From NCBI GenBank assembly GCA_965279565.1, contig OZ257249.1:1040496-1104495 (forward strand): DNA of 64,000 nucleotides, in the 5' to 3' direction. The notes beneath the pieces are model-generated. The model was not told the origin of the DNA. It saw nothing but the letters and a program-made list of their open reading frames with translations, and ran no database searches. Shown one piece after another: positions 40,006 to 50,790 of the stretch; within the stretch, counting starts at the first letter, position 1, and every line of letters starts with the position of its first letter. The position numbers were made by a program, and so were the translations under genes. The DNA comes from Tagaea sp. Lineage in GTDB: Bacteria > Pseudomonadota > Alphaproteobacteria > CACIAM-22H2.

Positions 40006-40835
40006 AGCGCGATCGTCTCGCCTTCTTTCGCGACGATCGTGCCGGGCCGCATCGCGGCGGCTTCTGCCGCGATCCTGTCCATGAACGAATCGTCGTGCGA
40101 CGGGTCGTGGTGGAAAATCGCGAGGCGCTTGGCGCCGGCCTTCTCGACGAGGCGGATCCCCTCCTGCCACGTCGAATGCCCCCAGCCGACATGGCCCGGG
40201 AATTCGGCGTCGGTATAGGTGCTGTCGTAGATGACGAGATCGGCGCCCGCGATCAGGCCGAGGATGCTGGCGTCGGGCTTGCCCGGCAGGTGCTCGGTGT
40301 CCGTCACGTAGCAGAGCGACTTGCCCGCGACCTCGACGCGATAGCCGGTCGCGCGGTTGGGATGGTTGAGCCCCGCCGTCTTCACGATCACGCCGGGTGC
40401 CGGGTTCAGCGTCTTGCCGAGCGGGAAGTCGGTGTAGGTGACGTCGGCGCCGAAGATCTCGATCGGGATCGGGAAGAGCGGTGCCTGCATCATTTTCGAC
40501 AGCACGTCCTTCAGCGACATCTCGGGGGCAAGATGGGCGGCCCACAGGCGGAAGCGGTTGCGCTTGTCGTAGAGCGGGCTGAAGAACGGGATGCCCTGGA
40601 TATGGTCGAAATGCGTGTGCGTGAAATACCAGTCGGCATCGACGGGCTGATCGGGGGCCGCGAGTGCTCGGCCCAGCGGCAGCAGGCCGGTGCCCGCGTC
40701 GAAGATCATCAGGCGGTCGGAAGCGCGCACTTCAAGGCAGGGCGTGTTGCCGCCATAGCGCACGGTCGTCGGGCCCGGGCACGGGATCGAGCCGCGCACG
40801 CCCCAGAAAGTCACCGACAGGCGATCGGTCGTCAC
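40002..40835 (-). CDS. MBL-fold metallo-hydrolase.
   Basis: MTTDRLSVTFWGVRGSIPCPG..NTPCLEV..FDAGTGL...HTHFDHIQG...HHDPSHDD is the HxHxDH metal site of the beta-lactamase superfamily. Confidence 0.75.
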   Translation of the reverse strand: MTTDRLSVTFWGVRGSIPCPGPTTVRYGGNTPCLEVRASDRLMIFDAGTGLLPLGRALAAPDQPVDADWYFTHTHFDHIQGIPFFSPLYDKRNRFRLWAAHLAPEMSLKDVLSKMMQAPLFPIPIEIFGADVTYTDFPLGKTLNPAPGVIVKTAGLNHPNRATGYRVEVAGKSLCYVTDTEHLPGKPDASILGLIAGADLVIYDSTYTDAEFPGHVGWGHSTWQEGIRLVEKAGAKRLAIFHHDPSHDDSFMDRIAAEAAAMRPGTIVAKEGETIAL

Positions 40836-41497
40836 CGGGACTTGTCCTTTCCGCGCGGCACCAAGCGATATCCCCCCGGCACCGTCAGCAGCAGACGTGC
40901 GCGGGCCGGATCGCGCTCGATTTTCTGGCGCAGGCGGTAGACATGCGTCTCCAGCGTGCGGGTCGATACCTTCGAATTATAGCCCCAGACGGCGCGGAGC
41001 AAGTCTTCCCGCGCGAGCGGCCGGCCGGCGGCCTTGTGGAGGCTGTCGAGCAGCGTCGTCTCGATCTCGGTCAGGCGGACTTCCGTGCGCTTCGCCGGCT
41101 CGTAGAGGGAGCGGGCCGCGGCGCGGAACTCGAACGCGCCGATCCGGGGATTGCGCCGGCCGCCGGCAAGTTCGCGCAAGGTCGCGGCCAGGGCGGGCAC
41201 GCGGACAGGCTTGGCAAGCACGGCATCGGCCGCGGGACCCGCCCCCGGCCGGCCGGCCACCAGCAGGCAGAGCGGGGCCGCCAGCACGCCGCGCAGCCGC
41301 TTGATCAGCGCGGAAGCCCGCTGGCCCAGCATCGCCCGGTCGACGACCGCCACGTCGAAACCGATCCCGCCGGCCAGCACGAGGGCCGCGTCAGGTGCCG
41401 CCGTCGTCTCGACGCGCAATCCGTGCGCGCGCAGTGCCTCGCCGAGGGCCGGACCCAAGGCCGCATCGGCCAGCAGAAGGACGCGGATACCGCTCAT
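40832..41497 (-). CDS. OmpR/PhoB-family response regulator (orphan; no histidine kinase adjacent).
   Basis: Receiver-like N-terminus (MSGIRVLLLAD...FDVAVVDRAML...LAKPV) and a winged-helix C-terminus (LTEIETTLLDSL..REDLLRAVWGYNSKVSTRTLETHVYRLRQKIE). Confidence 0.75.
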   Translation of the reverse strand: MSGIRVLLLADAALGPALGEALRAHGLRVETTAAPDAALVLAGGIGFDVAVVDRAMLGQRASALIKRLRGVLAAPLCLLVAGRPGAGPAADAVLAKPVRVPALAATLRELAGGRRNPRIGAFEFRAAARSLYEPAKRTEVRLTEIETTLLDSLHKAAGRPLAREDLLRAVWGYNSKVSTRTLETHVYRLRQKIERDPARARLLLTVPGGYRLVPRGKDKSR

Positions 41498-41526
41498 TCG
41501 CAGTCGAGTCTAGCAACTCGCCCGCC

Positions 41527-41566
41527 AAAAACAAAATGGGCCGCCGGGCGGAACCCGGCGGCCCAT
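41527..41566 (-). terminator. Rho-independent terminator of the OMP gene.
   Basis: A 12-bp perfect stem UGGGCCGCCGGG-CGGAA-CCCGGCGGCCCA is followed on the minus strand by UUUUGUUUUU, 20 nt after the stop at 41586. Confidence 0.75.
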
Positions 41567-41585
41567 CGCTGGAAAAACCCAGAAT

Positions 41586-42464
41586 TTAGAACTTCTTGGT
41601 CAGCGACAGCGAGAACTGGCGCTTGGACTGCTCGTAGGTGTCCGACTGCAGGACCGGGTTGGCGTTGTTCGCCACGTTGTCGAAGCCGAGGCTGGAACCC
41701 GCCTTCATGTTCGTGTCCGAGTAGACCAGCGACGCCGTGAAGGCGATGGGCCATTCCATGTCGCGCGCCAAGCCGACGTTCCACGTCGTGTAGTCCGGCG
41801 TGCCCCACGTCGCGTTGCGGTCGATCGTCTGGCGGCCGAGGCGGGCCGAGCCGAGCAGCGAGAACGGCAGCGGCACGTCGAAGCCACCTTCGTAGTACAT
41901 GCCCTTGCCGGCGCCGTAGGAGAAGTCCTTGGCGTAGTAGAGCGAGCCGACGGCCGTCGCGAGGCCGAAATCATAGGCGAACTTGCCGTAGACTTCGTTC
42001 CACTGCGGGTTGCCGTAGGTGTTCGGGCCGCCACCGATATTCTGGTCGGCCGTGTTGCCCGGATAGGTGTAGCTGATGACGCCGACATCGAGCAGCAGCC
42101 CGTCGAGCGGCGTCTTCCAGCGCACGCCGCCGAAGAAGTCGAGCTCGCGGGTCTGGCGGATGCTGACCGATTCGCTGCCGGCCGGCGTGTTGTTCGACGG
42201 GAACCGCGTCGTCGAGGCGAACATGCCGAGATACGGCGTGAAGGCGCCGATCTCGTACGTGTATTCGAGATTTGCCTGGATCGCCGGATCCCTGCGCGAC
42301 TGCGAGAGGCCGCGGAAGATGTAGTTCGACGTGATCGTCACCGACGGGGCGAACGTGCCAACCGACGTTTCGATCTGTGCGTGCGCGGGTGCGCTGACGG
42401 CGGCGATGCCGAAAACAGCGGCAATTGCACCGAAAACCGTCGAAATTCTAGACACTTGAAGCAT
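41586..42464 (-). CDS. Outer-membrane beta-barrel protein (porin-like, TIGR02001/Gcw_chp-type).
   Basis: Signal peptide MLQVSRISTVFGAIAAVFGIAAVSAPAHA, alternating beta-strand pattern rich in Y/G/T/N, C-terminal ...SLSLTKKF with a terminal Phe. Confidence 0.7.
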   Translation of the reverse strand: MLQVSRISTVFGAIAAVFGIAAVSAPAHAQIETSVGTFAPSVTITSNYIFRGLSQSRRDPAIQANLEYTYEIGAFTPYLGMFASTTRFPSNNTPAGSESVSIRQTRELDFFGGVRWKTPLDGLLLDVGVISYTYPGNTADQNIGGGPNTYGNPQWNEVYGKFAYDFGLATAVGSLYYAKDFSYGAGKGMYYEGGFDVPLPFSLLGSARLGRQTIDRNATWGTPDYTTWNVGLARDMEWPIAFTASLVYSDTNMKAGSSLGFDNVANNANPVLQSDTYEQSKRQFSLSLTKKF

Positions 42465-42604
42465 TTTGACCCTCGTTTTGCCAAGTTTGGATTTACCGCA
42501 GCAAGCCGTGTTCCAAGTAACCGGCGAATCGGCACCGAGGGTGATATTTACAACCGCTGTAACATGGATTTTTGATGGTGTTGCCGTACGGTAACATATT
42601 TGCG

Positions 42605-43474
42605 TCAGCGGCTTCCGGCGCGACCCTGAATCATCGCCAGAGCCGCCTTTCCGACCGGATGGCTGAAGTCCGCGACGGTCTCGACGATGGAAAAGTGACT
42701 GTGACCGGCCGCCGGCACGACCGTGACCGCCGCCCCTGCCCTGCGCCACGCATGGACCAGATCGGCCTGCTGGCCGATGAAGGCCCCCAGCTCGTCGCCG
42801 CCGACCGTGACCCACAGTCGCGTGCCGGGTTGCGGACGCAGCGTCAGCGGCGAATAGCGCGCGACTTCGCGCGGCGTCAGGCGCAGCACCGGCTGCTGGT
42901 AGCTGCGCGCGAGCGGCGCCAGATCGTAGACGCCCGAGACCGAGAAGCAGCCGGCCGGGCGGACGGGCAGGTCGGCCATCGTGCACAGCATCGCGGCGAG
43001 ATGGCCGCCGGCCGAATGGCCGCCGACGAAGATGCGTGCCGGATCGCAGCCCAGGCGCGGCGCCTCGCGCCACAGGAACGCGAACGCGTCGCGGATCTGG
43101 CGCACGGTCGCCTCGACGCTCACGTCGGGGCACAGCGCGTAGTTCAGCGTGGCGAAGGCAATGCCGCGCGCAGCGAAGGCCGGGGCGAGCCCGCGCACGT
43201 CGCTCTTGTCGAGCGACTGCCAGTAGCCGCCATGGATGAAGACGAACAGCGGTGCGCGCGCGGCCCCCTTGCGCGGCGGCACCAGAAGATCGAGCGTCTG
43301 CTTGGGTCCGGGACCGTAGGCGAGATCGACATGCCAGCCCGGGCGCGCGAGTGCGGCTTCGCCCGCGCGCTGCCAGCCGGTCACGGTCGCCGCGAAATCC
43401 GGCCAGCGCGCGCGGTTGTTGAACAGCGCATCGAGGGCGGCCTGGTCGTCGGGATAGGCATAGGGTCTGTGCAT
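42605..43474 (-). CDS. Alpha/beta-hydrolase fold-3 esterase/lipase.
   Basis: Oxyanion-hole HGG motif VFIHGGYW and a nucleophile elbow GGHSAGGHLA (GxSxG). Confidence 0.8.
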   Translation of the reverse strand: MHRPYAYPDDQAALDALFNNRARWPDFAATVTGWQRAGEAALARPGWHVDLAYGPGPKQTLDLLVPPRKGAARAPLFVFIHGGYWQSLDKSDVRGLAPAFAARGIAFATLNYALCPDVSVEATVRQIRDAFAFLWREAPRLGCDPARIFVGGHSAGGHLAAMLCTMADLPVRPAGCFSVSGVYDLAPLARSYQQPVLRLTPREVARYSPLTLRPQPGTRLWVTVGGDELGAFIGQQADLVHAWRRAGAAVTVVPAAGHSHFSIVETVADFSHPVGKAALAMIQGRAGSR

Positions 43475-43511
43475 GTTCGCTTCCGCCTTGTTCGGGCCCC
43501 AATTCTGCGGC

Positions 43512-44174
43512 ATGACACCGCCGATGGGCCCACTTCGAAATCCTTCGCGCCGCGCCTTTCTCGGTGCCGCCGCCGCGCTCGTTGTAGCGCAGGCACCGGC
43601 ACGCGCGCAAAGCGCCGGCACGCCCTCCGCGGCCGATGGGGCCGACATCGCGCGCGCCGAGACGTATCTCGATTCGATCCGCACGCTCGAAGCGCGCTTC
43701 CTGCAGATCGCCCCCGACGGCTCGGTCGCCGAGGGCGGCTTCTTCCTGTCGCGGCCGGGCCGGCTGCGGCTCGACTATGACGCGCCCAATCCCAACCTGC
43801 TGGTCGCCGACGGCCGCGCATTCGTCCATATCGACCGGCACCTGAAGACGATCGCGTACCTGCCGATCGACTCCACGCCCGCGGGCCTGCTGGTGCGCGA
43901 GCGGATCCGTCTTTCGGGCGACGTGCGCGTCGTCGGCGTCGAGCGCGGCCCCGGCACGCTGCGCATCGCGATCGTCCAGGCATCCGATCCGCGCGCCGGC
44001 CGGCTCGTGCTGGCGTTCAGCGAGCGGCCCTTCGCGCTGTCGAGCTGGTCGTTCGTCGACGCGCAGGGCCAGATGACTCGGCTGTCGCTGCTCGACACCA
44101 AGGTCGGCCAGCCGATCGACCCGGCGCGCTTCGCCTATGCCGATCCGAGGCCGCCGGAGAGTCGCGGCAACTAG
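43512..44174 (+). CDS. LolA-like periplasmic protein (outer-membrane lipoprotein carrier family), possible Tat signal.
   Basis: N-terminus MTPPMGPLRNPSRRAFLGAAAALVVAQAPARA, then a LolA-like pattern (ARFLQIAPDGS...GRLRLDYDAPNPNLLVADG). The assignment is weak. Confidence 0.45.
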   Translation: MTPPMGPLRNPSRRAFLGAAAALVVAQAPARAQSAGTPSAADGADIARAETYLDSIRTLEARFLQIAPDGSVAEGGFFLSRPGRLRLDYDAPNPNLLVADGRAFVHIDRHLKTIAYLPIDSTPAGLLVRERIRLSGDVRVVGVERGPGTLRIAIVQASDPRAGRLVLAFSERPFALSSWSFVDAQGQMTRLSLLDTKVGQPIDPARFAYADPRPPESRGN

Positions 44175-44289
44175 CGCCGGCGCGGCAGGCTTGGCCCGGC
44201 AGAATCTGCCGGGCGGGCCGATTTTCCGAATTCAACCTGTTGAAATTGCAATGGTTTGCCGTGGTTTGGCCCTTGCAAGGTCTCCGGCG

Positions 44290-45303
44290 ATGAGCGATCC
44301 AGCCAACATGCCGCCTGCCGCGGCCCCGCGTTTCGAGGTCCGTCCAAGTCCGCTCAAGACCTGGAATCCGGACGCGCCGGACGAGTACGTCAATCTCGAC
44401 GCCAAGCCGCTCGGCTTCGGCGACATGCTCGAGGCGCTCAATCCGCTCCAGCATCTTCCCGTGATCGGCTCGATCTATCGCTCGGTGACCGGGGCCACGA
44501 TCGAGCCGGCCGCGCGCGTCGTCGGCGGCCTTCTGTTCGGCGGGCTCGGCGGCGGCATCTCGTCGATCGCGAACGCGCTGCTCGAAGGAATCAACGGCAA
44601 GGATCTCGGCGAGAACCTGATCGCGATGGTTTCGCCCGGCAAGGATGCCCCGCCTCCGCCGCCGGCGGTCGATGGCCTGGCCGTTCCGGCCGGCAATCCC
44701 GACCTCCATTTCGCGTCGTTCGCGGCGAGCGCCCCGGTCGGCGGAACGACCGAACGCAGCGGCCTGCTGACGACGTGGATCGCCGGCGGCGCACCGTCTG
44801 CCCCGTCGGAACCCGTCAAGCCCGAATACGACATGCGGATGGCCGGCGCCCCGGCGCAATCGCCCGGCGCGATCGTCGCGAAGGCGCCGCCACCGCCGAT
44901 GCCGACGCCTGCCGCATCGCCCGCACCTGTCGAACCGCAGCTGGCGGCCGCACCGCCGGCCGTCGCGCCAGGCCCGGTCATCCGGACGGCCGAACCCGAA
45001 GTTCCGCGTGCCCTGTCGCTCGACAGCTATCGCGCGCGCGCGCAGTCGGTGCTTCCGCAGGGGCCGATGGCGCGGGCACCCGCGATCAACGATACGCAGG
45101 GGCTGGCCCAGCGCGGCGAAGCGTTGCGCGCCCTCGCGACGAACCGCAGCCAGGCCCCGTTGCCGGCGGCGCTCCAGGCGCAGCAGGCGATCGATGCGGC
45201 CGGCGAGCCGCAGACTTTCTTCAGCGCGTCGGTGGCACTCGGGCTCGAACGCTATCGGCAGATGCAGATGCAGCGCGACGGTGCTGCACGGCGCGGGATC
45301 TGA
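44290..45303 (+). CDS. Hypothetical Pro/Ala-rich protein. The start is uncertain; 44308 is an alternative.
   Basis: The ORF codon usage looks like coding DNA and the protein has a low-complexity PA-rich centre (PPPPPAVDGLAVPAG; APPPPMPTPAASPAPVEP). I recognised no family. Confidence 0.4.
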   Translation: MSDPANMPPAAAPRFEVRPSPLKTWNPDAPDEYVNLDAKPLGFGDMLEALNPLQHLPVIGSIYRSVTGATIEPAARVVGGLLFGGLGGGISSIANALLEGINGKDLGENLIAMVSPGKDAPPPPPAVDGLAVPAGNPDLHFASFAASAPVGGTTERSGLLTTWIAGGAPSAPSEPVKPEYDMRMAGAPAQSPGAIVAKAPPPPMPTPAASPAPVEPQLAAAPPAVAPGPVIRTAEPEVPRALSLDSYRARAQSVLPQGPMARAPAINDTQGLAQRGEALRALATNRSQAPLPAALQAQQAIDAAGEPQTFFSASVALGLERYRQMQMQRDGAARRGI

Positions 45304-45304
45304 G

Positions 45305-45964
45305 CTAGCCGCGCGTGCCGAAGATGGCGCTGCCCACGCGCACATGCGTGGCGCCGAGCGCGACGGCGGTCTCGAAATCACCGCTCATGCCCATCGACAG
45401 GCCCGCCAGGCCGTTGCGTCGCGCGATCTCGCGCAGCAGCGCGAAATGCGGGGCGGCCGGCTCGTCGGCCGGCGGGATGCACATCAGGCCTTCGATCGGA
45501 AGCCCGTGAATCTCGCGGCATTCGCCGAGGAACGCGTCGACCGATTCGGGCGCGATGCCCGCCTTCTGCGGTTCCGCACCCGTATTGACCTGGACGAAAA
45601 GACGAGGCCGGCGCGTACCGCGCGCGAACTCGGCGGCGAGGGCGGCGGCAAGCTTGGGCCGGTCGAGCGTCTGGATCGCGTCGAAGGTCGCGACCGCCTC
45701 GCGGACCTTGTTGGACTGGAGCGGCCCGATCAGGTGCAGCTCGAACGCGACGCCGGCGGCGCGCAGCGGCGCGTATTTCGCCATCGCTTCCTGCACGCGG
45801 TTCTCGCCGAACACGCGCTGGCCGGCGGCGATCGCCTGCTCGACGTCTTCGGTCGGATGGGTCTTCGCGACGGCGACGAGCGTGACACTGCCCTGCGGAC
45901 GGCCGGCATTGCGGGTCGCATCGTCGATGCGCGTACGGACGGCTTCAAGTGCGGCGGAGATCAT
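45305..45964 (-). CDS. yggS: YggS-family pyridoxal-phosphate homeostasis protein.
   Basis: VAVAKTHPTEDVEQAIAAGQRVFGENRVQEA...LHLIGPLQSNKV is the YggS/PROSC signature with the PLP lysine. Confidence 0.85.
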   Translation of the reverse strand: MISAALEAVRTRIDDATRNAGRPQGSVTLVAVAKTHPTEDVEQAIAAGQRVFGENRVQEAMAKYAPLRAAGVAFELHLIGPLQSNKVREAVATFDAIQTLDRPKLAAALAAEFARGTRRPRLFVQVNTGAEPQKAGIAPESVDAFLGECREIHGLPIEGLMCIPPADEPAAPHFALLREIARRNGLAGLSMGMSGDFETAVALGATHVRVGSAIFGTRG

Positions 45965-45990
45965 GCCCGCCTTGGATTACGTCATATGCC

Positions 45991-46030
45991 CCAAAAGAAA
46001 AAGGGGCAGCTTTCGCTGCCCCTTTCCCCA
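45991..46030 (-). terminator. Rho-independent terminator of the porin gene.
   Basis: GGGGCAGC-GAAA-GCUGCCCC is followed by UUUUUCUUUU on the minus strand, 20 nt after the porin stop at 46050. It also has hairpin potential on the plus strand. Confidence 0.8.
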
Positions 46031-46049
46031 CCGATCGTTTTTGAGACGA

Positions 46050-47306
46050 TCAGAACGCGAGCGTCAGACCCGAGATGACGCCGTTGGCGCGCGACGACTG
46101 CGTGCCCGCCGTGAAGAAGTTGGCGTTCTGCGCGGCCGCCGTGTTGAGCGTGCCTTCCGTGAACTTGGCGGTGAAGACGCCGAGGTTCACGTTCACGCCC
46201 GGAGCGAGCGTGTAGCGGCCCGAAGCGCTGAGAGCTTCGATCTTGTCCTTGCCGCCGTTCTGCTGGGCAACGACACCGTTCGTGACCGTCGAGTGGTCGT
46301 TCTGCGACTGCGTGTAGTTGATCGACACCGCAGCGGCGCCGAACACGTAGCCGGCACCGACTTCCCAGCCGTAGCCGTTGTGGTTGCGGAGGCCGTCGGC
46401 GAGAGCGGCCGCAGCCGTCGTCGTCGTGCCGCCACCGATCTGGCGCCAGTCGCTGGTCTTCTGGTACGAACCGCCGACGTCGAAGCCCATGTACTGGAAG
46501 CCGAGACCGGCGTTCCAAGCCGAGGGGTCCTTCAGCGAGGCCTTGATCGCATCCGAGTTGCCGTAACCCGACGGCTTGTCGAACGTGATGTAGCCAGCGG
46601 CGGCGCGGATGCCGACGCCACCGATCGTGCGGACGAAGTTCAGGTTGGCGCCCACGCCGTTGATGTACTGCGTGTTCTCCGTGGCGAGGCCCTGGCGGTA
46701 CGACATTTCCGGCGTGTAGTTGACGCCGAGCTGGAAGCCCTCGATGCGCGGCGTGTAGTACACGATCTTGTTCGAAATGCTGTCGATATCCATGCCCGTC
46801 GACGGGTGCGAAGCCTGACCCGACTGCGCGCTGACGCCAACGCGGCTGGTCGCGAACGCGCCAGCGTTGTTATCGCCGTTGATCATGCCGCCCGTGAAGG
46901 CTTCGAAGCCGCCCACGGCCGACTGCGAGGCGACGTTTTCGATGCCGCCCAGCTGGACCTGACCGAAGCTGCCTTCGATGAAGTTCCACATACGGCGGGT
47001 GATCGCGTTGCCCGACGAGGTGCCAGCGTTCGGGTTCAGCTGCCATACCGTACCGGCCGACATGCCCGACGGCAGGGCCGCACGGAAGGTCAGGATCAGA
47101 CGGTTGTCCGAGGTCTGGTCGATGCCGCTGCTGCGGATCTGGCCGGCAACGTTGGTCTGGTCCGTGTACTGGACGAACTGGCGGGCGTAGCCGCCGACGG
47201 TCACGGCGAAGTTCGCCGAACCGAACGGCTGGGCCGGCGTCTGGGCAAGGGCCGGAGCCACTGCCGCAGCGACCAGCGCCGTCGTCGCAAGAAGAAGCTT
47301 CTTCAT
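46050..47306 (-). CDS. Alphaproteobacterial general porin.
   Basis: Signal peptide MKKLLLATTALVAAAVAPALA, then 397 aa rich in G/T/N/Y with beta-strand alternation, and a C-terminal ...GLTLAF terminal Phe. Confidence 0.8.
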   Translation of the reverse strand: MKKLLLATTALVAAAVAPALAQTPAQPFGSANFAVTVGGYARQFVQYTDQTNVAGQIRSSGIDQTSDNRLILTFRAALPSGMSAGTVWQLNPNAGTSSGNAITRRMWNFIEGSFGQVQLGGIENVASQSAVGGFEAFTGGMINGDNNAGAFATSRVGVSAQSGQASHPSTGMDIDSISNKIVYYTPRIEGFQLGVNYTPEMSYRQGLATENTQYINGVGANLNFVRTIGGVGIRAAAGYITFDKPSGYGNSDAIKASLKDPSAWNAGLGFQYMGFDVGGSYQKTSDWRQIGGGTTTTAAAALADGLRNHNGYGWEVGAGYVFGAAAVSINYTQSQNDHSTVTNGVVAQQNGGKDKIEALSASGRYTLAPGVNVNLGVFTAKFTEGTLNTAAAQNANFFTAGTQSSRANGVISGLTLAF

Positions 47307-47626
47307 ACTTTTTTCTCCATGTTGAGGCCAGATTACGGCCGCGCGGTCGTGATCCGCCCGCTCCCGAGGTTTTTCGCCCATGGGCCCGTAAACGGTCAAC
47401 CCGAATAAGCCCTTCAGCGGGAATTCGAATTGACCATGTGGCACGAATGCAACATGCCCTCTACGGGGCAGTCGGCAATTCTGCCGGTGCATTTTGCAAA
47501 AATCCTAGGTTTCCAAGGAACTTAGGGGGGCGGGTTGCGGCAACGGCCCGAATGGACTAAATAGGTGGAATTATTGGCATCCGGGCGCGTTCCGGATGCG
47601 AACCCGCCTTTCACAAGGTCCTCGCC

Positions 47627-48163
47627 ATGCGGAATCCGGTTTTCGGCCTTTTCATCGGCACGGCCCTGCTCGGCTTCACGGCCTGCAGCGGGCTGAAGGT
47701 CGAGGATAATTACCCCACGGTCGTGCCCGGCACCGACAGCAAGTGGGCGCCGCGCGACCAGGTGAACAAGGAAGGCGTGTTCGGCGAGGAAGGCCTCGGC
47801 GGCCTGTTCGGCGGCGGCAAGAAGGACGAGGGCGGCGGCGGTATCGGCGTGAATGCGCTGCTGTGGCGCGCCTCGCTCGACACGATCAATTTCATGCCCG
47901 TCACGTCGGCCGATCCGTTCGGCGGCGTCATCATCACCGACTGGTTCGCGCCCGCCGAGACGCCGAACGAGCGGTTCAAGATGAACATCTACATCCTCGG
48001 CCGCGACCTGCGCGCCGACGGCATCAAGGTGGCGGTGTTCCGCCAGCGCCGCGACGCGACCGGCAACTGGGCCGACGCGGCGGTCGAGTCGCGCACGCCG
48101 ATCGACGTCGAGAACGCGATCCTGACGCGCGCGCGCCAGATCCGCCAGACCGCCGGCCGCTAG
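47627..48163 (+). CDS. DUF3576-type lipoprotein, conserved upstream of leuS in alphaproteobacteria.
   Basis: MRNPVFGLFIGTALLGFTAC has a lipobox, followed by a Gly-rich region. Confidence 0.65.
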   Translation: MRNPVFGLFIGTALLGFTACSGLKVEDNYPTVVPGTDSKWAPRDQVNKEGVFGEEGLGGLFGGGKKDEGGGGIGVNALLWRASLDTINFMPVTSADPFGGVIITDWFAPAETPNERFKMNIYILGRDLRADGIKVAVFRQRRDATGNWADAAVESRTPIDVENAILTRARQIRQTAGR

Positions 48164-48231
48164 AGCACCCTTCACAGAATCTTTCGCTTCGCCTATTCAT
48201 GGCGGCCCTTTCCTGAAGGTCCGTCGACGAC

Positions 48232-50786
<2,555 letters not shown>

Positions 50787-50790
<4 letters not shown>

